The translations under genes and the position numbers were made by a program. A DNA stretch of 64,000 nt. Origin: Candidatus Marinacidobacterales bacterium (lineage in GTDB: Bacteria > Acidobacteriota > Vicinamibacteria > Marinacidobacterales > SMYC01). Under the pieces are notes generated by a model that made no database searches, had not been told where the DNA came from, and saw only the letters and a program-made list of their open reading frames with translations. The stretch lies in NCBI GenBank assembly GCA_965237955.1, contig OZ250169.1, forward strand, positions 7,008,001-7,072,000, in the 5' to 3' direction. Positions 9,331-20,256 of this stretch are shown here, piece after piece (the stretch's first letter is position 1; each line of letters begins with the position of its first letter).

Positions 9331-10502
9331 TCAGATAACTAATTCCAGGTATATAGCGCCTCTCGTAGGTCGATCCTGATTTCCAAAACCGAGCTCGAAG
9401 GCCAGGCGCACGCGGGGATGGAGCCAGATCTTCAGTCCGGGGAAGAACTCGAAGAAAGATTTGGCGGGATCGGCCGTGCCGGGAGGAGGGCCGCGAACGA
9501 GCTCCGCGCGAGCTGTCACCACGAGCTCGTCGCGGATGGCGAAGTCGAGTTGGGCGAAACCGCCAGAGAAGCTCAGCGCTTCGTTCGTCCCGCCGGGGTT
9601 CGCCGGATTTGCGAACGAGTTCGCGTTCCGGCCGTAGAGAAACGTGCCATAGACGTGGGCTTGCCCGAGGTACACCGATACATCACCACCGAAGCGCAAG
9701 AGGTCATCATCCCAATTCAGAATCTCCTGCTCGATCATTCTTGCGAGCCTGTTGCGGCCCCAGTACACGTACATCCCCGCCCGGCCTTCGCCGAAGCGGC
9801 GCATCAAGCGGCCGAAAACATTCGCGTCGAACTGCCCGCGCTTCCTAGAAGCTCGGTTTGCTCCTCGCTTTCGTTCGCATCCACGACCGAGATCGACCAG
9901 CGGGTCGCGTCATCGATGAAGCCGCCGAGCTCGAGGCCGTCATGATGAACCCCGATGTTGTCCGTCTCGAATCCGGTATTCGCAAAATAGATTTCGTAGC
10001 GGAAGAGCTGCGGTGTCCTCGTTTGCGTGAACGGAAGGTCGAGCTCGATACGCCCGCCTCGGACGTAGATCTCGTCGGGAGCCAGCTCGACTCGCAGGAA
10101 GGCGTTGTCCAACCCGACCCGTGTCGAGTCCTCACTTTCGATGACGTAGTTGTCGTCGATCCAATAGGACACGCGGCTTCCAAGATTGCCGGCGCTCACG
10201 AGTCGGAACAGCCCGCGCGTCTGAGCGTCGCCTTTCTCTTCGAACGTCTGACGCAGCGTGGCGCGCAAGCTCACCGGAACCGATCTCAGCCAGTCCGAGA
10301 CTTCGGTCACGTCGTCGTCGAGACGATAACCCCTCTCTTTGAACTGTTCGCCCAAAACGCTGAGCTGGGGATAACCGTCGTGGCAGAAATGACACGGGAG
10401 CTGGTAGCGCCGGGCGAAGGCAGGAATCGCATCCGCGGCCTCGGGCACGATGACCGAGACGGTCCAGAACAGAAGAAGAAAACGGAACGGGCATTTGAGC
10501 AT
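9331..10502 (-). CDS. Outer-membrane beta-barrel with an N-terminal monoheme cytochrome c motif; frameshift near 9835
   Basis: Signal peptide, then AIPAFARRYQLPCHFCH (CxxCH) and amphipathic beta-strands; ORFs 9804-10502 and 9331-9807 join by a single-base shift. Confidence 0.75.
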
Positions 10503-10697
10503 GGGGAGATGAAATCGTTATCCAAACGATATCAACAAGTTGCAGATTTGTCGAGATGCGTTTGCCAAACAAGGGTCTCTTGGTTAACAATCACTCACAC
10601 GAATCCGGAGGGGCGCCGGCGAACCCCGCTTCCGTGCAGGCGGCGTCCTGACGTAACGGCAGGCTGAAATAACGTATCCTCGAGAAATGGAGGGGCT

Positions 10698-11132
10698 GTG
10701 GATTTACTGAAGATTGCGAGCGTACCGGCCGCCACGGTTTCACCGACCTCCACGGTCGTCGACGCGGTGCATCTCATGAACGACCAGCGCGTCGGAGCCG
10801 TCGCGGTCACGAACGACAACACGTTGGCAGGCATTTTCACGGAGCGCGACTTGATGATCCGAGTCGTGTTGGAAGGCAAGGATCCGAAAACGACTCCAGT
10901 TGGCGACGTCATGACGGCGAACTGCACCTCGGCCCAAAAAGACATGTCGATGGGCGAAGCGCTCCAGATCATGACCGAGAAGCATTTCCGTCACCTCCCA
11001 GTCGTCGACGACGACAATCAGGTATTGGGGTTGTTGTCGATACGGAACTTGCTACACCAGCGAGTGGACAAGCTCAGTCAGGAGTTGGATTCCGTCGTAG
11101 CTTTCTTTACCGCCGACGGCATTGGTGGTTGA
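10698..11132 (+). CDS. CBS-domain pair protein
   Basis: GIFTERDL..VGDVMT..FRHLPVVD; GTG start with GGAGG RBS. Confidence 0.92.
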   Translation: MDLLKIASVPAATVSPTSTVVDAVHLMNDQRVGAVAVTNDNTLAGIFTERDLMIRVVLEGKDPKTTPVGDVMTANCTSAQKDMSMGEALQIMTEKHFRHLPVVDDDNQVLGLLSIRNLLHQRVDKLSQELDSVVAFFTADGIGG

Positions 11133-11138
11133 GTCGGC

Positions 11139-11207
11139 GGTCGCTATCCGCTTCCCGCCGTCCGCTATCCGTGGTTGAGCAGACCGGGTAGCGGATTGCG
11201 GAAAGCT
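11139..11207. repeat. Left inverted repeat flanking yjbQ
   Basis: GGTCGCTATCCGCTTCCCGCCGTCCGC...GCAGACCGGGTAGCGG is the reverse complement of 11645-11709 (first 27 nt exact). Confidence 0.85.
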
Positions 11208-11225
11208 GCCACCATAGAATGCCCA

Positions 11226-11639
11226 ATGAAACACCTCCGAAAAACCCTAACCTTCGAAGTTCCCGCGCGCATGGACTTCGTGAATATCACGTCAGACATT
11301 GAAGATGCCGTACGTGAGAGCGGTGTCGCGGAGGGCCTTTGCCTCGTGAACGCGATGCACATTACCGCGTCGGTGTTCATCAACGATGACGAGCCCGGCC
11401 TTCATGAAGACTACAAGAAGTGGCTCGCACCGTTCGATGCCAGCCCCGAGCGCTATCACCACAACCGCACCGGCGAAGACAACGGCGATGCGCACCACAA
11501 ACGCCAGGTGATGGGCCGCGAAATCGTCGTCGCCATCACCGAAGGCAAGCTCGACTTCGGCCCGTGGGAGCAAATCTTCTACGGCGAGTTCGACGGCCGA
11601 AGGGCGAAGCGAGTTTTGGTGAAGATTATTGGGGATTAG
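11226..11639 (+). CDS. yjbQ: YjbQ / UPF0047 family protein
   Basis: [43 protein letters not shown]. Confidence 0.92.
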   Translation: MKHLRKTLTFEVPARMDFVNITSDIEDAVRESGVAEGLCLVNAMHITASVFINDDEPGLHEDYKKWLAPFDASPERYHHNRTGEDNGDAHHKRQVMGREIVVAITEGKLDFGPWEQIFYGEFDGRRAKRVLVKIIGD

Positions 11640-11644
11640 GCGCT

Positions 11645-11709
11645 AAGTTTCGCCGCCCGCTACCCGGTCTGCAAACCGGACGGCGGACGGCGGGAAGCGG
11701 ATAGCGACC
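11645..11709. repeat. Right inverted repeat flanking yjbQ
   Basis: Reverse complement of 11139-11207. Confidence 0.85.
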
Positions 11710-12072
11710 TCAATCGCATTTCGCGAATTGACTTCCACCGAGCCGCTGGCACACTGTCGGGGCACGAGCGGCCTTTCCGCCGTCGAGCAATACCGCATCG
11801 CTCCACCCCTCGGGCACGGGCTGTTCGAGCACGTCGAGGACGCCGAGGTCCACGGCGCCTATTCGCATCGCCTGGTAACGCAGATAAGGGATGAGCTCAT
11901 CGAAATTTCCAGGATGTGCGACCGCGAGAAAGGTCTCGCCTTGTTTCATGTCGAGGCGCTCAATGATCTTCTTCGCCATCGCTTCGTAGTCGAGCTCGAA
12001 CCGAGGTGGCACCGATTGCGCATGCACGGATGCCGTCATCACGACACTCAGAACCCAAACGCCGACTCTCAT
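11710..12072 (-). pseudogene. Truncated secreted protein (aminopeptidase-like N-terminus only)
   Basis: Signal peptide (..SVHAQS), then AMAKKIIERLDMKQGETFL; breaks off after ~105 aa next to the right inverted repeat. Confidence 0.45.
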
Positions 12073-12284
12073 CGCTTCCTGTACGGATCGTCTTTGGCAA
12101 GCAGCCAGCCGACGACGAAAAACACCGCACCCGCCCCGGTCACCGCGAGCATCGATCGCATCTGGCTGCTGCCGAAGAACATGAACATCGCCCAGGTCAC
12201 GAGCAACATGCCGAAAATCTGAAGCGCGCGCCCGATGTAGTAGCGAATCCACGCGCTCCAGTTGACCTTTTTCTTCTTGGCCAC
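12069..12284 (-). CDS. Small two-TM membrane protein
   Basis: GTG start; two hydrophobic segments; stop overlaps the next ATG (ATGA). Confidence 0.7.
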   Translation of the reverse strand: MAKKKKVNWSAWIRYYIGRALQIFGMLLVTWAMFMFFGSSQMRSMLAVTGAGAVFFVVGWLLAKDDPYRKR

Positions 12285-12309
12285 GCTTGTCAGGTCTTTC
12301 TCAGATGGC

Positions 12310-14025
12310 TCAGATTCGGCCGAAGTTACGCTCGATCTGCTCGAGGCCGATGCGGAGCGTCGTGGGGCGTCCATGCGGGCACACGGTGGGCTGGCTCGCG
12401 CGCCACAGCTCGCGCACGAGATACTGCATCTTCTCCATCGCGAGCGGAAAGTTCACCTTGATCGCAGCGTGGCACGCGAGACGCGCGCCGATACGGCTCT
12501 GCGCTTCGATCACGGACGAGCTCCTACAATCACGCTCTGCTTCCCCGAGGGCGGCGCGGACGAGTCGCAAGGTGTCGAGACCCGCAAGCGACGCGGGCAC
12601 ACCCCGGACGACGAAGCTATCGCCGCCGAAGGGCTCGATGTCGTAACCGAAGGCAAGCAATTGGTCGAGCTCTTCTTCCATCGTGACACGCTCGGACGGC
12701 GTGAGCTCCAGTGGGAGCGGCGTCAACAAAAGCTGCTGTTCTCCACCTTCGCTCCTACCTACGAGCTCTTCGTAAAGAATGCGCTCGTGCGCGGCGTGTT
12801 GGTCGACGAGCCAGACGTCCTCGTCGTCAGCCGCAAGAATGTAACTCTCGCGGAACTGGCCGATGGGCGTCGGCGGCGTGTCGGCAAACTCGCTGAACGT
12901 CGGCGTCGTTTCCGGCGCGCGCTCGGCGAACAGTGCTTCCGCCATCGCTGTCCCCGACATCGCCGGCAATGGTTCTCTCACGGCAGAAGACACTGTGGAC
13001 GTCGACGTCGAGCTCGAAACGAAGACCTCTGGCGCGCGGCCATCGGCGGAGAGAGCGTTCCGCACGGAGGAGAACACCGCTTGATGCACGAGCTGCTGGT
13101 CGACGAAGCGCACTTCAGATTTCGACGGATGGACGTTGACGTCGAGCTTGTCCGGTGGCAGCTCGAGGAACAGGTACACGAGCGGCGTCCCCGATTTCGA
13201 CGAGACTTGGCGATAGGCATCCACCACCGCGTGCGTAAGAATTCGATCTTTGACCGGCCTCCCGTTGACATAAACATGAAGACGCGACGACGCTCCTCGG
13301 GACTCAGCCGGAGGTGACAACCATGCTTGGAGGGCCAGGCTTCCCACGTGATCATCGAGCGTGACCGCGCTCTCGATCCAGCTCTTTTCGACCTGGTAGA
13401 GGCGCTCCCGCTTCGATGAGACCGAGGGCACATCGAGGAGCGTGCGCTTTGCGTGCTCGAGGCGAAAGTGAACGTCGGGATAGCACACGGCGAGATTCGA
13501 CATCCGTTGAGCGATGTGGGTCGACTCGGTGACGTCGGCACGCAGAAACTTTCGTCGCGCGGGAACGTTCTCGAACAAACGCCGGACATCGACGATGGTA
13601 CCAGGCGGCAGCCCGAGCTCACCCTCACGAACGAGCTTTCCTCCCTCGATCGAAAGCTCGTAGCCGGCGTTCGAAGATGCCTCGCGCGTTTGTAGTGTGA
13701 AGTGGGACACCGATGCGATCGACGGGAGCGCTTCTCCTCGAAACCCCAACGTCGAGATGTTTACGAGATCTTCCGTCGAGAACAGCTTGCTCGTGGCGTG
13801 GCGTTCGAGCGCGAGTCGCGCGTCCTCGGGAGACATGCCGATGCCGTCGTCGACGACACGAATCCGATCTTTGCCGCTTTTCTCGATGAGCACGAAGACC
13901 GACTGCGCTCCGGCATCGAGAGAGTTCTCGACCAACTCTTTGACGACCGACGCCGGCCGCTCGACCACTTCGCCCGCGGCAATTTGATTCGCCAGAGCAT
14001 CGGGCATCAAGCGGATTTTGGTCAT
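12310..14025 (-). CDS. mutL: DNA mismatch repair endonuclease MutL
   Basis: NQIAAGEVVERPASVVKELVENSLDAG, GFRGEAL, DQHAAHERILYE, CPHGRP. Confidence 0.98.
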   Translation of the reverse strand: MTKIRLMPDALANQIAAGEVVERPASVVKELVENSLDAGAQSVFVLIEKSGKDRIRVVDDGIGMSPEDARLALERHATSKLFSTEDLVNISTLGFRGEALPSIASVSHFTLQTREASSNAGYELSIEGGKLVREGELGLPPGTIVDVRRLFENVPARRKFLRADVTESTHIAQRMSNLAVCYPDVHFRLEHAKRTLLDVPSVSSKRERLYQVEKSWIESAVTLDDHVGSLALQAWLSPPAESRGASSRLHVYVNGRPVKDRILTHAVVDAYRQVSSKSGTPLVYLFLELPPDKLDVNVHPSKSEVRFVDQQLVHQAVFSSVRNALSADGRAPEVFVSSSTSTSTVSSAVREPLPAMSGTAMAEALFAERAPETTPTFSEFADTPPTPIGQFRESYILAADDEDVWLVDQHAAHERILYEELVGRSEGGEQQLLLTPLPLELTPSERVTMEEELDQLLAFGYDIEPFGGDSFVVRGVPASLAGLDTLRLVRAALGEAERDCRSSSVIEAQSRIGARLACHAAIKVNFPLAMEKMQYLVRELWRASQPTVCPHGRPTTLRIGLEQIERNFGRI

Positions 14026-16127
14026 CGGTTCTCAGGAACGATTTCGGAGAGCTCGGCCACCTCGGAGAAGAGCGTTCGCAAGCGGTGGAGAAGCGCCAGG
14101 CGATTCTCGCGAAGTTTGTCGTCTTCCGTCATCACCAGAACCTCGTCGAAGAAACGATCGACGTGAGGCCTGAGGGTCGACAGTGTGCGGAGCGCGTCCT
14201 CGTACCGGCCGGCTTCGATTTGCTTGTTCGCGTCCGGCTCGATCGCGACCAGCGCCGCGAACAGGTCCTTTTCTTCTTTCTCGAAAAACACCGCCGGGTC
14301 GACGGCGCCGGTTGTCTGCCCGGACAAAATGTTGGCGACGCGCTTGAACGCCACGGACAGCGCTTCGAAGTCTTCCGAGTCTCTCAGAGCCGCAACCGCG
14401 GCGAGTCTCCGTTCGAGGTCGGTGACAGGTCTCTCGAGCGCGCCCAGCGCGAACACTGCGTTGATCTCGTCGTAGCGAAACGTGCGAGAAAAGACGAATC
14501 GCAGACGTTCGATGAAAAACTCGGATAGCTTCTCCAGTGCGTCTTTGTCGTCGACGGCTTCCGCCAGCAGTGTCTTGGGTGCGACGTCGATCGGGAACGA
14601 GAGCCGTTCACCGCTCTCGAGAAGAACGCGGATGATACCGAGCGCGGCCCGGCGTAACCCGAAGGGATCGCGCGAACCCGTGGGCACGATGCCGACGGAG
14701 AACATGGACGCGAGCGTATCGAGCTTGTCCGCAAGGGAGATCACTGCCCCTTCACGATTCAACGGGAAACCGTCGTCGTCTCCGAGACCCGTGGGCTCGT
14801 AGTGGCCGTACACCGCTTTCCACACCGGCTCCGGCTCACCTTGCTCCTTCGCGTAGAGACCTCCCATGACGCCTTGGAGCTCGGGGAACTCTCCGACCAT
14901 CCCGGTGACGAGGTCGCACTTGGCGAGCGCCGCGGCACGGCGTACCGGCGTTTCACGGGCGCCCGATTGGGCGGCGATCGCGACCGCGAGCGGCACCATG
15001 CGATCTTTCTTGGCGCGGTAGCTTCCGAGCTTCGCGTGGAACAAGACGCCGTCGAGCTCTTGTTCCCGATCCGCGAGCGGCTTTCTCAGATCGTCGTCCC
15101 AGAAAAACTTGGCATCCTGCAACCGCGCGACCACGACACGCTCCGCACCCCGTTTCATGTTGCCCTTGGGATCCGACCCCATGTTGGTCGGCGCGATGAA
15201 CGCCGCGGTGTTCGCGAGCGGGAAGTAATGTTGATGGTGGATCAACACCGTATGCCGAACTTCTTCGGGGAGACTCAGAAACGCCTCAGGGTAGGATCCC
15301 ATCACCGCGCCCGGCCATTCGACGAGCTCGGCAACGAGCGCCGGGTCGAGACCCGGAGCCCGCTCGGCACGCGCCTTGGCTTCGAGCTTCTCGAGGGCTT
15401 TCAAGAGCCGCTCGCGACGCTCCGCGGGGTCGAGAACGACATAGTGCTGCTTGAGCTTCGCCTTCAGCTCTTTGAAGCTCGCGACCGTGAACGGCTGCCC
15501 GGCACGTTTGCCTTTGGGCGCGAGAAAGCGGTGGCCTCGAGATTTCCGTCCGCTCACAACCGCCGGCGAGCCTGTTACCCGTATCTCGAAGGGCACGATC
15601 CGCGTCCCGAAAAGGGCCACCATCCAGCGGATAGGTCGCCCGAACGGCAGGGTTGTGCCGTCTTTCAAAGTCGCGTCCCAGCGCATGAACTTGGGAAAAG
15701 AAAGGCCGCGCAGAACGTTCGTCATCACCTCGGGCAAAAGCTCGACCGTTTTCCGACCTGGCGTCGTCTTCTCGAACCCGATGTAATCGCCCTTCGGCGT
15801 CGACACGACCGCGAGCTCGTTCGGTGAGACCGAGCTCTTCTTCGCGAAGCCGAGCGCGGCTTTGGTCCACTCGCCTCGATCGTCGCGAGCGATCTTGACG
15901 GGAGGCCCGGTGACCTGCTCGGTGCGGTCGGCTTGGGTCTCGACGAGCTTGGGCACATGGACGACGAGCCGCCGCAACGTTCCACACGCGGTGACACCCT
16001 CGGGCACGAGGCCGGCCTCGGACAACTCCTTCTCTAAGAGCTTGCCGAGCTCTTCGATGAGCGGCGGGAGCCACGACGCAGGAATCTCCTCGCATCCGAT
16101 CTCCCAGAGGAACGGAATCTTTTTCAT
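14022..16127 (-). CDS. glyS: Glycine--tRNA ligase beta subunit
   Basis: [40 protein letters not shown] domain. Confidence 0.97.
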   Translation of the reverse strand: MKKIPFLWEIGCEEIPASWLPPLIEELGKLLEKELSEAGLVPEGVTACGTLRRLVVHVPKLVETQADRTEQVTGPPVKIARDDRGEWTKAALGFAKKSSVSPNELAVVSTPKGDYIGFEKTTPGRKTVELLPEVMTNVLRGLSFPKFMRWDATLKDGTTLPFGRPIRWMVALFGTRIVPFEIRVTGSPAVVSGRKSRGHRFLAPKGKRAGQPFTVASFKELKAKLKQHYVVLDPAERRERLLKALEKLEAKARAERAPGLDPALVAELVEWPGAVMGSYPEAFLSLPEEVRHTVLIHHQHYFPLANTAAFIAPTNMGSDPKGNMKRGAERVVVARLQDAKFFWDDDLRKPLADREQELDGVLFHAKLGSYRAKKDRMVPLAVAIAAQSGARETPVRRAAALAKCDLVTGMVGEFPELQGVMGGLYAKEQGEPEPVWKAVYGHYEPTGLGDDDGFPLNREGAVISLADKLDTLASMFSVGIVPTGSRDPFGLRRAALGIIRVLLESGERLSFPIDVAPKTLLAEAVDDKDALEKLSEFFIERLRFVFSRTFRYDEINAVFALGALERPVTDLERRLAAVAALRDSEDFEALSVAFKRVANILSGQTTGAVDPAVFFEKEEKDLFAALVAIEPDANKQIEAGRYEDALRTLSTLRPHVDRFFDEVLVMTEDDKLRENRLALLHRLRTLFSEVAELSEIVPENR

Positions 16128-16984
16128 GGAGCTTCCTCAGCTTCCTCTTTTGGGCCCACATAGGCTTTGGCCACCGCGCACGCGAGCTCGCGCACTTTCA
16201 AAATCATCGCCATGCGCTCGTTCACGGAGATCGCGCCGCGAGCGTCGAGCGTGTTGAACAGATGCGAGCACTTCAGCGTGTGCTCGTACGCGGGCAGCAC
16301 GAGACCATCGCTCAAGAGTCTCTCGGCATCGCTCCGAATCTCTTCGAAGTGGCGCCGGGTGAGCTCGACGTTCGCGGCGTCGAAGCTGAATCGTGAGCCT
16401 TCGACTTCGTCGCGATGACGCACGTCGCGATACGGAACACCAGGAGCCCACTCGAGATCGTAGACGTCGTCCACGTTCTGGAGGTACATGTCCAAACGCT
16501 CGAGCCCGTAGGTGATCTCACCCGAAATTGGAGCGAGCTCGATGCCACCCGCCTGCTGGAAGTATGTAAACTGGCTGATCTCGAGCCCATCCAGGAGCAC
16601 TTGCCAGCCGATGCCCCAGGCACCGAGCGTGGGAGACTCCCAGTTGTCTTCCTCGAACCGGATGTCGTGCTCGCGCGGATCGATCCCGCACGCGACGAGA
16701 CTCTCCAGATACAGGTCCTGGATATCGTGCGGCGGCGGCTTCAAGATGAGCTGCAACTGGTGGTGCTTGTAGAGGCGGTTCGGATTGTCCCCGTAGCGCC
16801 CATCCGCCGGTCGCCGGGACGGCTGGACGTACACGACGTTCCAAGGGTCGGGGCCCAGGACCCGCAGGAACGTCTCCGGGTGCATCGTGCCAGCGCCCAT
16901 CTCGGTGTCGTAAGGCTGTTGGACCAGGACGCCGCGGTCCGACCAGAATTTCGTGAGAGTAAAGATCAGCTCTTGGAGAGTCAT
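16124..16984 (-). CDS. glyQ: Glycine--tRNA ligase alpha subunit
   Basis: [37 protein letters not shown]; start moved to ATG 16984. Confidence 0.97.
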   Translation of the reverse strand: MTLQELIFTLTKFWSDRGVLVQQPYDTEMGAGTMHPETFLRVLGPDPWNVVYVQPSRRPADGRYGDNPNRLYKHHQLQLILKPPPHDIQDLYLESLVACGIDPREHDIRFEEDNWESPTLGAWGIGWQVLLDGLEISQFTYFQQAGGIELAPISGEITYGLERLDMYLQNVDDVYDLEWAPGVPYRDVRHRDEVEGSRFSFDAANVELTRRHFEEIRSDAERLLSDGLVLPAYEHTLKCSHLFNTLDARGAISVNERMAMILKVRELACAVAKAYVGPKEEAEEAP

Positions 16985-17736
16985 CGACCTTGGCTCTCGC
17001 GCAGCAAGTCCTCGAATACCCGATGTGATTTCAAATCCTTTTCCAATTGCTCCTGGATGAGGCGGTAGTGGAACACGCCGAGCTCCCGGAGCACGTTCGG
17101 TGCCTCCGGTGGCGCCAGCTCGTCGGGCGGCTGGCTCCAAATGGCATCAACGTAGCGGACCGACTGCGGGGACAAGAATACCCCGGTGCTGAGGCAACGC
17201 CCGCATTCGATACGCTGCTCGGACGCGAGATAGCGCGCGCCCTCGTCGGCGAGCGCGCGGCCGCAGGACGGACAGCTCGTTCTCCTGGGATACCATCCTA
17301 CGAGTCGCAGAAGCCACGCTTCGAAGTACCGGGCGCGCGTCTCCGGACTCGGGCGCTCGGCGAGAGCACCTATTGTCGCGCGGAGCAACCGATAAAGGCG
17401 TTCGTTGGGCTCGCGCTCGGGCGCGAAACTATCTATTAGTTCGGTCACGTAACCGAGAGTCGACGCAAGAATGGGTTCTCCCAGCTTCGAAAACCTGGAA
17501 CGGACTATATCACAGCGATCGACGCTCACGAGCTCGCGGCTCTCCTTCTCGAAGAAGGTGAGCTCCACTTCCGTCCCCATTTCGAGGCTCGCGCCGAAGC
17601 GGGAGCGCGGTCGACGCGCCGCCCGCGCCATCCCGCGGAGCTTTCCGTACTCTTGGGTGAAAAAGACGACGATCTTGTCAGACTCGCCCACCTTGTAGCT
17701 TCGCAAGACGATGGCCAACGCCCGCCGCAGAGGCAT
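16981..17736 (-). CDS. recO: DNA repair protein RecO
   Basis: [20 protein letters not shown], CxxC...CxxC zinc finger; era-recO-glyQ context. Confidence 0.93.
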   Translation of the reverse strand: MPLRRALAIVLRSYKVGESDKIVVFFTQEYGKLRGMARAARRPRSRFGASLEMGTEVELTFFEKESRELVSVDRCDIVRSRFSKLGEPILASTLGYVTELIDSFAPEREPNERLYRLLRATIGALAERPSPETRARYFEAWLLRLVGWYPRRTSCPSCGRALADEGARYLASEQRIECGRCLSTGVFLSPQSVRYVDAIWSQPPDELAPPEAPNVLRELGVFHYRLIQEQLEKDLKSHRVFEDLLRESQGR

Positions 17737-17745
17737 GAAGCGATC

Positions 17746-19104
17746 TTAGAACCGAGCCAGGGCCAGCGCACCCAATCCGAGAAACAGCAAGAACCCGGTG
17801 ACGTCGGTGGCCGTGGTCACGAATACCGAGGACGCGAGCGCTGGGTCGATCTTGAGCCACCGCAGGAACAGCGGGACGAGCGTCCCGGTCACCGCGGCCA
17901 CGAGGAGCGTTCCGAGCATCGCGAGCGACAGCACTGCGCCGATGATGGGGTCGCCCTTCCATAGAAACGCGACGACGCCGACGAGAGCTCCGAGGACGAT
18001 CCCATTGGCAACGCCGACCACGAACTCTTTGACGAGCGCCTTGCGGCTGTTCGCCCATGAGAGCTCACCGAGGGCGATGCCACGCACCATGACGGTCAGG
18101 GTTTGGTTTCCAGCATTTCCAGCGAGAAGCGGCACGACGGGCATGAACACCGCGAGGGTCGCGAACTGCGCGATCGTTCCCTCGAACTGCGCGACGACGA
18201 GCGCGGCGAGAAACGCGGTGGCAAGGTTCACGACGAGCCAGGGAATGCGTTTGCGAATCGACGTCCGTGGCGGCGTGAAGACGCGCTCTTCGACGTCGAG
18301 ACCGGCGAGGCGGTACATGTCCTCGGTGGCCTCTTCTTTGATCACGTCGATAACATCGTCGACGGTGATGACGCCGACGAGCTTGTTCTGTGTGTCGACG
18401 ACGGGAATGGCGAGGATGTTGTACGAGGCGACGAGCTGGGAGACCTCCTCCTGATCGGTGTCCGTCGTCACCCGGATGACGTCGGTCTCCATGATGTCCT
18501 TGAGCGGGATCTCGGGGCGTTTCAGAAGAAGCTGTCGCAACGACAACACGCCGACAAGGTTCCCGTGTTCGTCGACGACATAGATGTAGAAGACCATTTC
18601 CAGGTCGCCGGCGTCCTGAAGCTCGCGGATCGCCTCCTCCACCGTGCTCTCTTCCTCGAGAGAGAACACCTTCGGGCTCATGATGCGGCCCGCGGTCTGC
18701 TCCGGGTATTGCAGGAGATCCTCGACCTCCGAGGCCTCCTTTTCGCGCATCGCGCCGAGAATCTCTTCCTGGAGCTCGTCGGGCAGATCGGCGACGAAAT
18801 CCGCGGCGTCGTCGGGATCGAGCTCTTGGAGGATCAAAGAGATCTCCTGAGACGACATATCCGACAAGATCACGGCGCCGCGCTCGGGCCCGAGCTCGGA
18901 AAGCGCCTCGCTCGCGAGCGTCAAGTCACGCCGGTAGAGCGTTTTGAAGGTGTCGCGACGAAGGTGCTCGGAGAGATCGCCGAGGATGGCGGCGATGTCA
19001 GAGGGATGGAGACGATTGAGGATCTTGTATGCGTTGACGTACGCACCCCTCGCGACGAGCTTCCGCACGGTCTCGGCGAGTAGAGGTGTCCGGGTCAACG
19101 GCAT
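17746..19104 (-). CDS. mgtE: Magnesium transporter MgtE
   Basis: N-domain, CBS pair, AGNAGNQ, DPALASSVFVTTATDVTG. Confidence 0.96.
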   Translation of the reverse strand: MPLTRTPLLAETVRKLVARGAYVNAYKILNRLHPSDIAAILGDLSEHLRRDTFKTLYRRDLTLASEALSELGPERGAVILSDMSSQEISLILQELDPDDAADFVADLPDELQEEILGAMREKEASEVEDLLQYPEQTAGRIMSPKVFSLEEESTVEEAIRELQDAGDLEMVFYIYVVDEHGNLVGVLSLRQLLLKRPEIPLKDIMETDVIRVTTDTDQEEVSQLVASYNILAIPVVDTQNKLVGVITVDDVIDVIKEEATEDMYRLAGLDVEERVFTPPRTSIRKRIPWLVVNLATAFLAALVVAQFEGTIAQFATLAVFMPVVPLLAGNAGNQTLTVMVRGIALGELSWANSRKALVKEFVVGVANGIVLGALVGVVAFLWKGDPIIGAVLSLAMLGTLLVAAVTGTLVPLFLRWLKIDPALASSVFVTTATDVTGFLLFLGLGALALARF

Positions 19105-19146
19105 CGTGAAAACCTATCGGAATCAATTCGGCCATCGGTAGCTTGT

Positions 19147-19175
19147 AGACTAGCACAAGTGCTTTCGAGGGCCAA
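19147..19175 (-). promoter_or_regulatory. Possible sigma70 promoter for mgtE
   Basis: TTGGCC-17-TAGTCT with a TG extension; a CTTGT-N8-ACAAG dyad overlaps the -10 box. Confidence 0.4.
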
Positions 19176-19289
19176 CCCCTTTTCAGCCAAAACTGGTGTA
19201 TTTTCTTCGATTTAGGGCCCTGCCCGCACCCGGCCGCCTTCGGAGAGGTTTGTGCGGGGCGGGGAGATCGGCTTCGTTGGGCGTTGGGG

Positions 19290-20168
19290 TTAGCTGTTGA
19301 TGCCTAGGTCGGTTAGCGTTCTCTTGTTGTCGCGCCAGTCGCCTCGGACTTTTACGTGTATGCCTAGGTAGACTTTTGTGCCGAGGAACTTTTCGGCGTC
19401 TTCCCGGGCGGCGGTTCCGATCTTTTTCATCATACCGCCGCCCTTGCCTACGAGAATCGCCTTCTGCGATTCTCGCTCGACGAAAATGGACGCTTCGATG
19501 CGGGTGAGCGCGGAGCCCTCTTCCCACGCTTCGACAACGACCGCGGTCGAATGCGGCACCTCCTGCCGGGTCAGGCGCAAAATCTTTTCCCGCACCATCT
19601 CGGCGACGAAGAACCGCTCCGGTAGATCGGTCAGAGTTTCCTCCGGATAGAGCGCTTCGCCTTCGGGGAGATGCTCGACGAGAACCTTCTCGAGACGGTC
19701 CACGTTGTCGCCGGTGAGGGCGGAGAACGGGACGATGTCGACGAAGTCGTGCAGGTGACGGTAGCGCTCGATGACCGGGAGAATCTCTTGCTTTTTCTTC
19801 GCATCGATCTTGTTGATGCCGAGTACGACCGGCACCTCGACTTTCTTGATAAGCCCAAGGACGTGCTCGTCTCCGCGGCCAAACGGCTGCTCGATATCGA
19901 GCACGAGCAGGACGAGGTCCACGCGCTTCAAGCTCTGAACCGCAGTCTCCAGCATGACACGGTCCATCTCGTAGTGCGGTTTGTGGATACCAGGAGTATC
20001 GAAGAACACCAGCTGGGCGTCGGGTTTGTTTCTGATGGCGAGGATGCGATTCCGTGTCGTCTGCGGCTTGGGGGTTACGATCGCGACCTTCCGCCCGACG
20101 AGGCGGTTGACGAGCGTAGACTTCCCGACATTGGGCCGCCCTATTATGGTGATGAACCCAGCGCGCAC
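19290..20168 (-). CDS. era: GTPase Era
   Basis: GRPNVGKSTL, KPQTTR, DTPG, NKID, KH domain; GTG start at 20168. Confidence 0.97.
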   Translation of the reverse strand: MRAGFITIIGRPNVGKSTLVNRLVGRKVAIVTPKPQTTRNRILAIRNKPDAQLVFFDTPGIHKPHYEMDRVMLETAVQSLKRVDLVLLVLDIEQPFGRGDEHVLGLIKKVEVPVVLGINKIDAKKKQEILPVIERYRHLHDFVDIVPFSALTGDNVDRLEKVLVEHLPEGEALYPEETLTDLPERFFVAEMVREKILRLTRQEVPHSTAVVVEAWEEGSALTRIEASIFVERESQKAILVGKGGGMMKKIGTAAREDAEKFLGTKVYLGIHVKVRGDWRDNKRTLTDLGINS

Positions 20169-20180
20169 GATCTTCTTTTT

Positions 20181-20247
20181 AACGCAAAGGCGCAAGGGCG
20201 CAAGGGCGCAAAGTGAATTGGACTTGGCGCCTTTGCGTCTTTGCGTT
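20181..20247. repeat. Octamer-periodic hairpin, (CGCAARGG)n...(CTTTGCG)n
   Basis: AACGCAAAGGCGCAAGGGCGCAAG pairs with CTTGGCGCCTTTGCGTCTTTGCGTT. Confidence 0.7.
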
Positions 20248-20256
20248 GGAAAAGAA

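Noticed and set aside
19200-19290. Hairpin upstream of mgtE as an M-box riboswitch
   Set aside because: No M-box consensus, and it lies upstream of the putative mgtE promoter; more likely a terminator-like stem after era.
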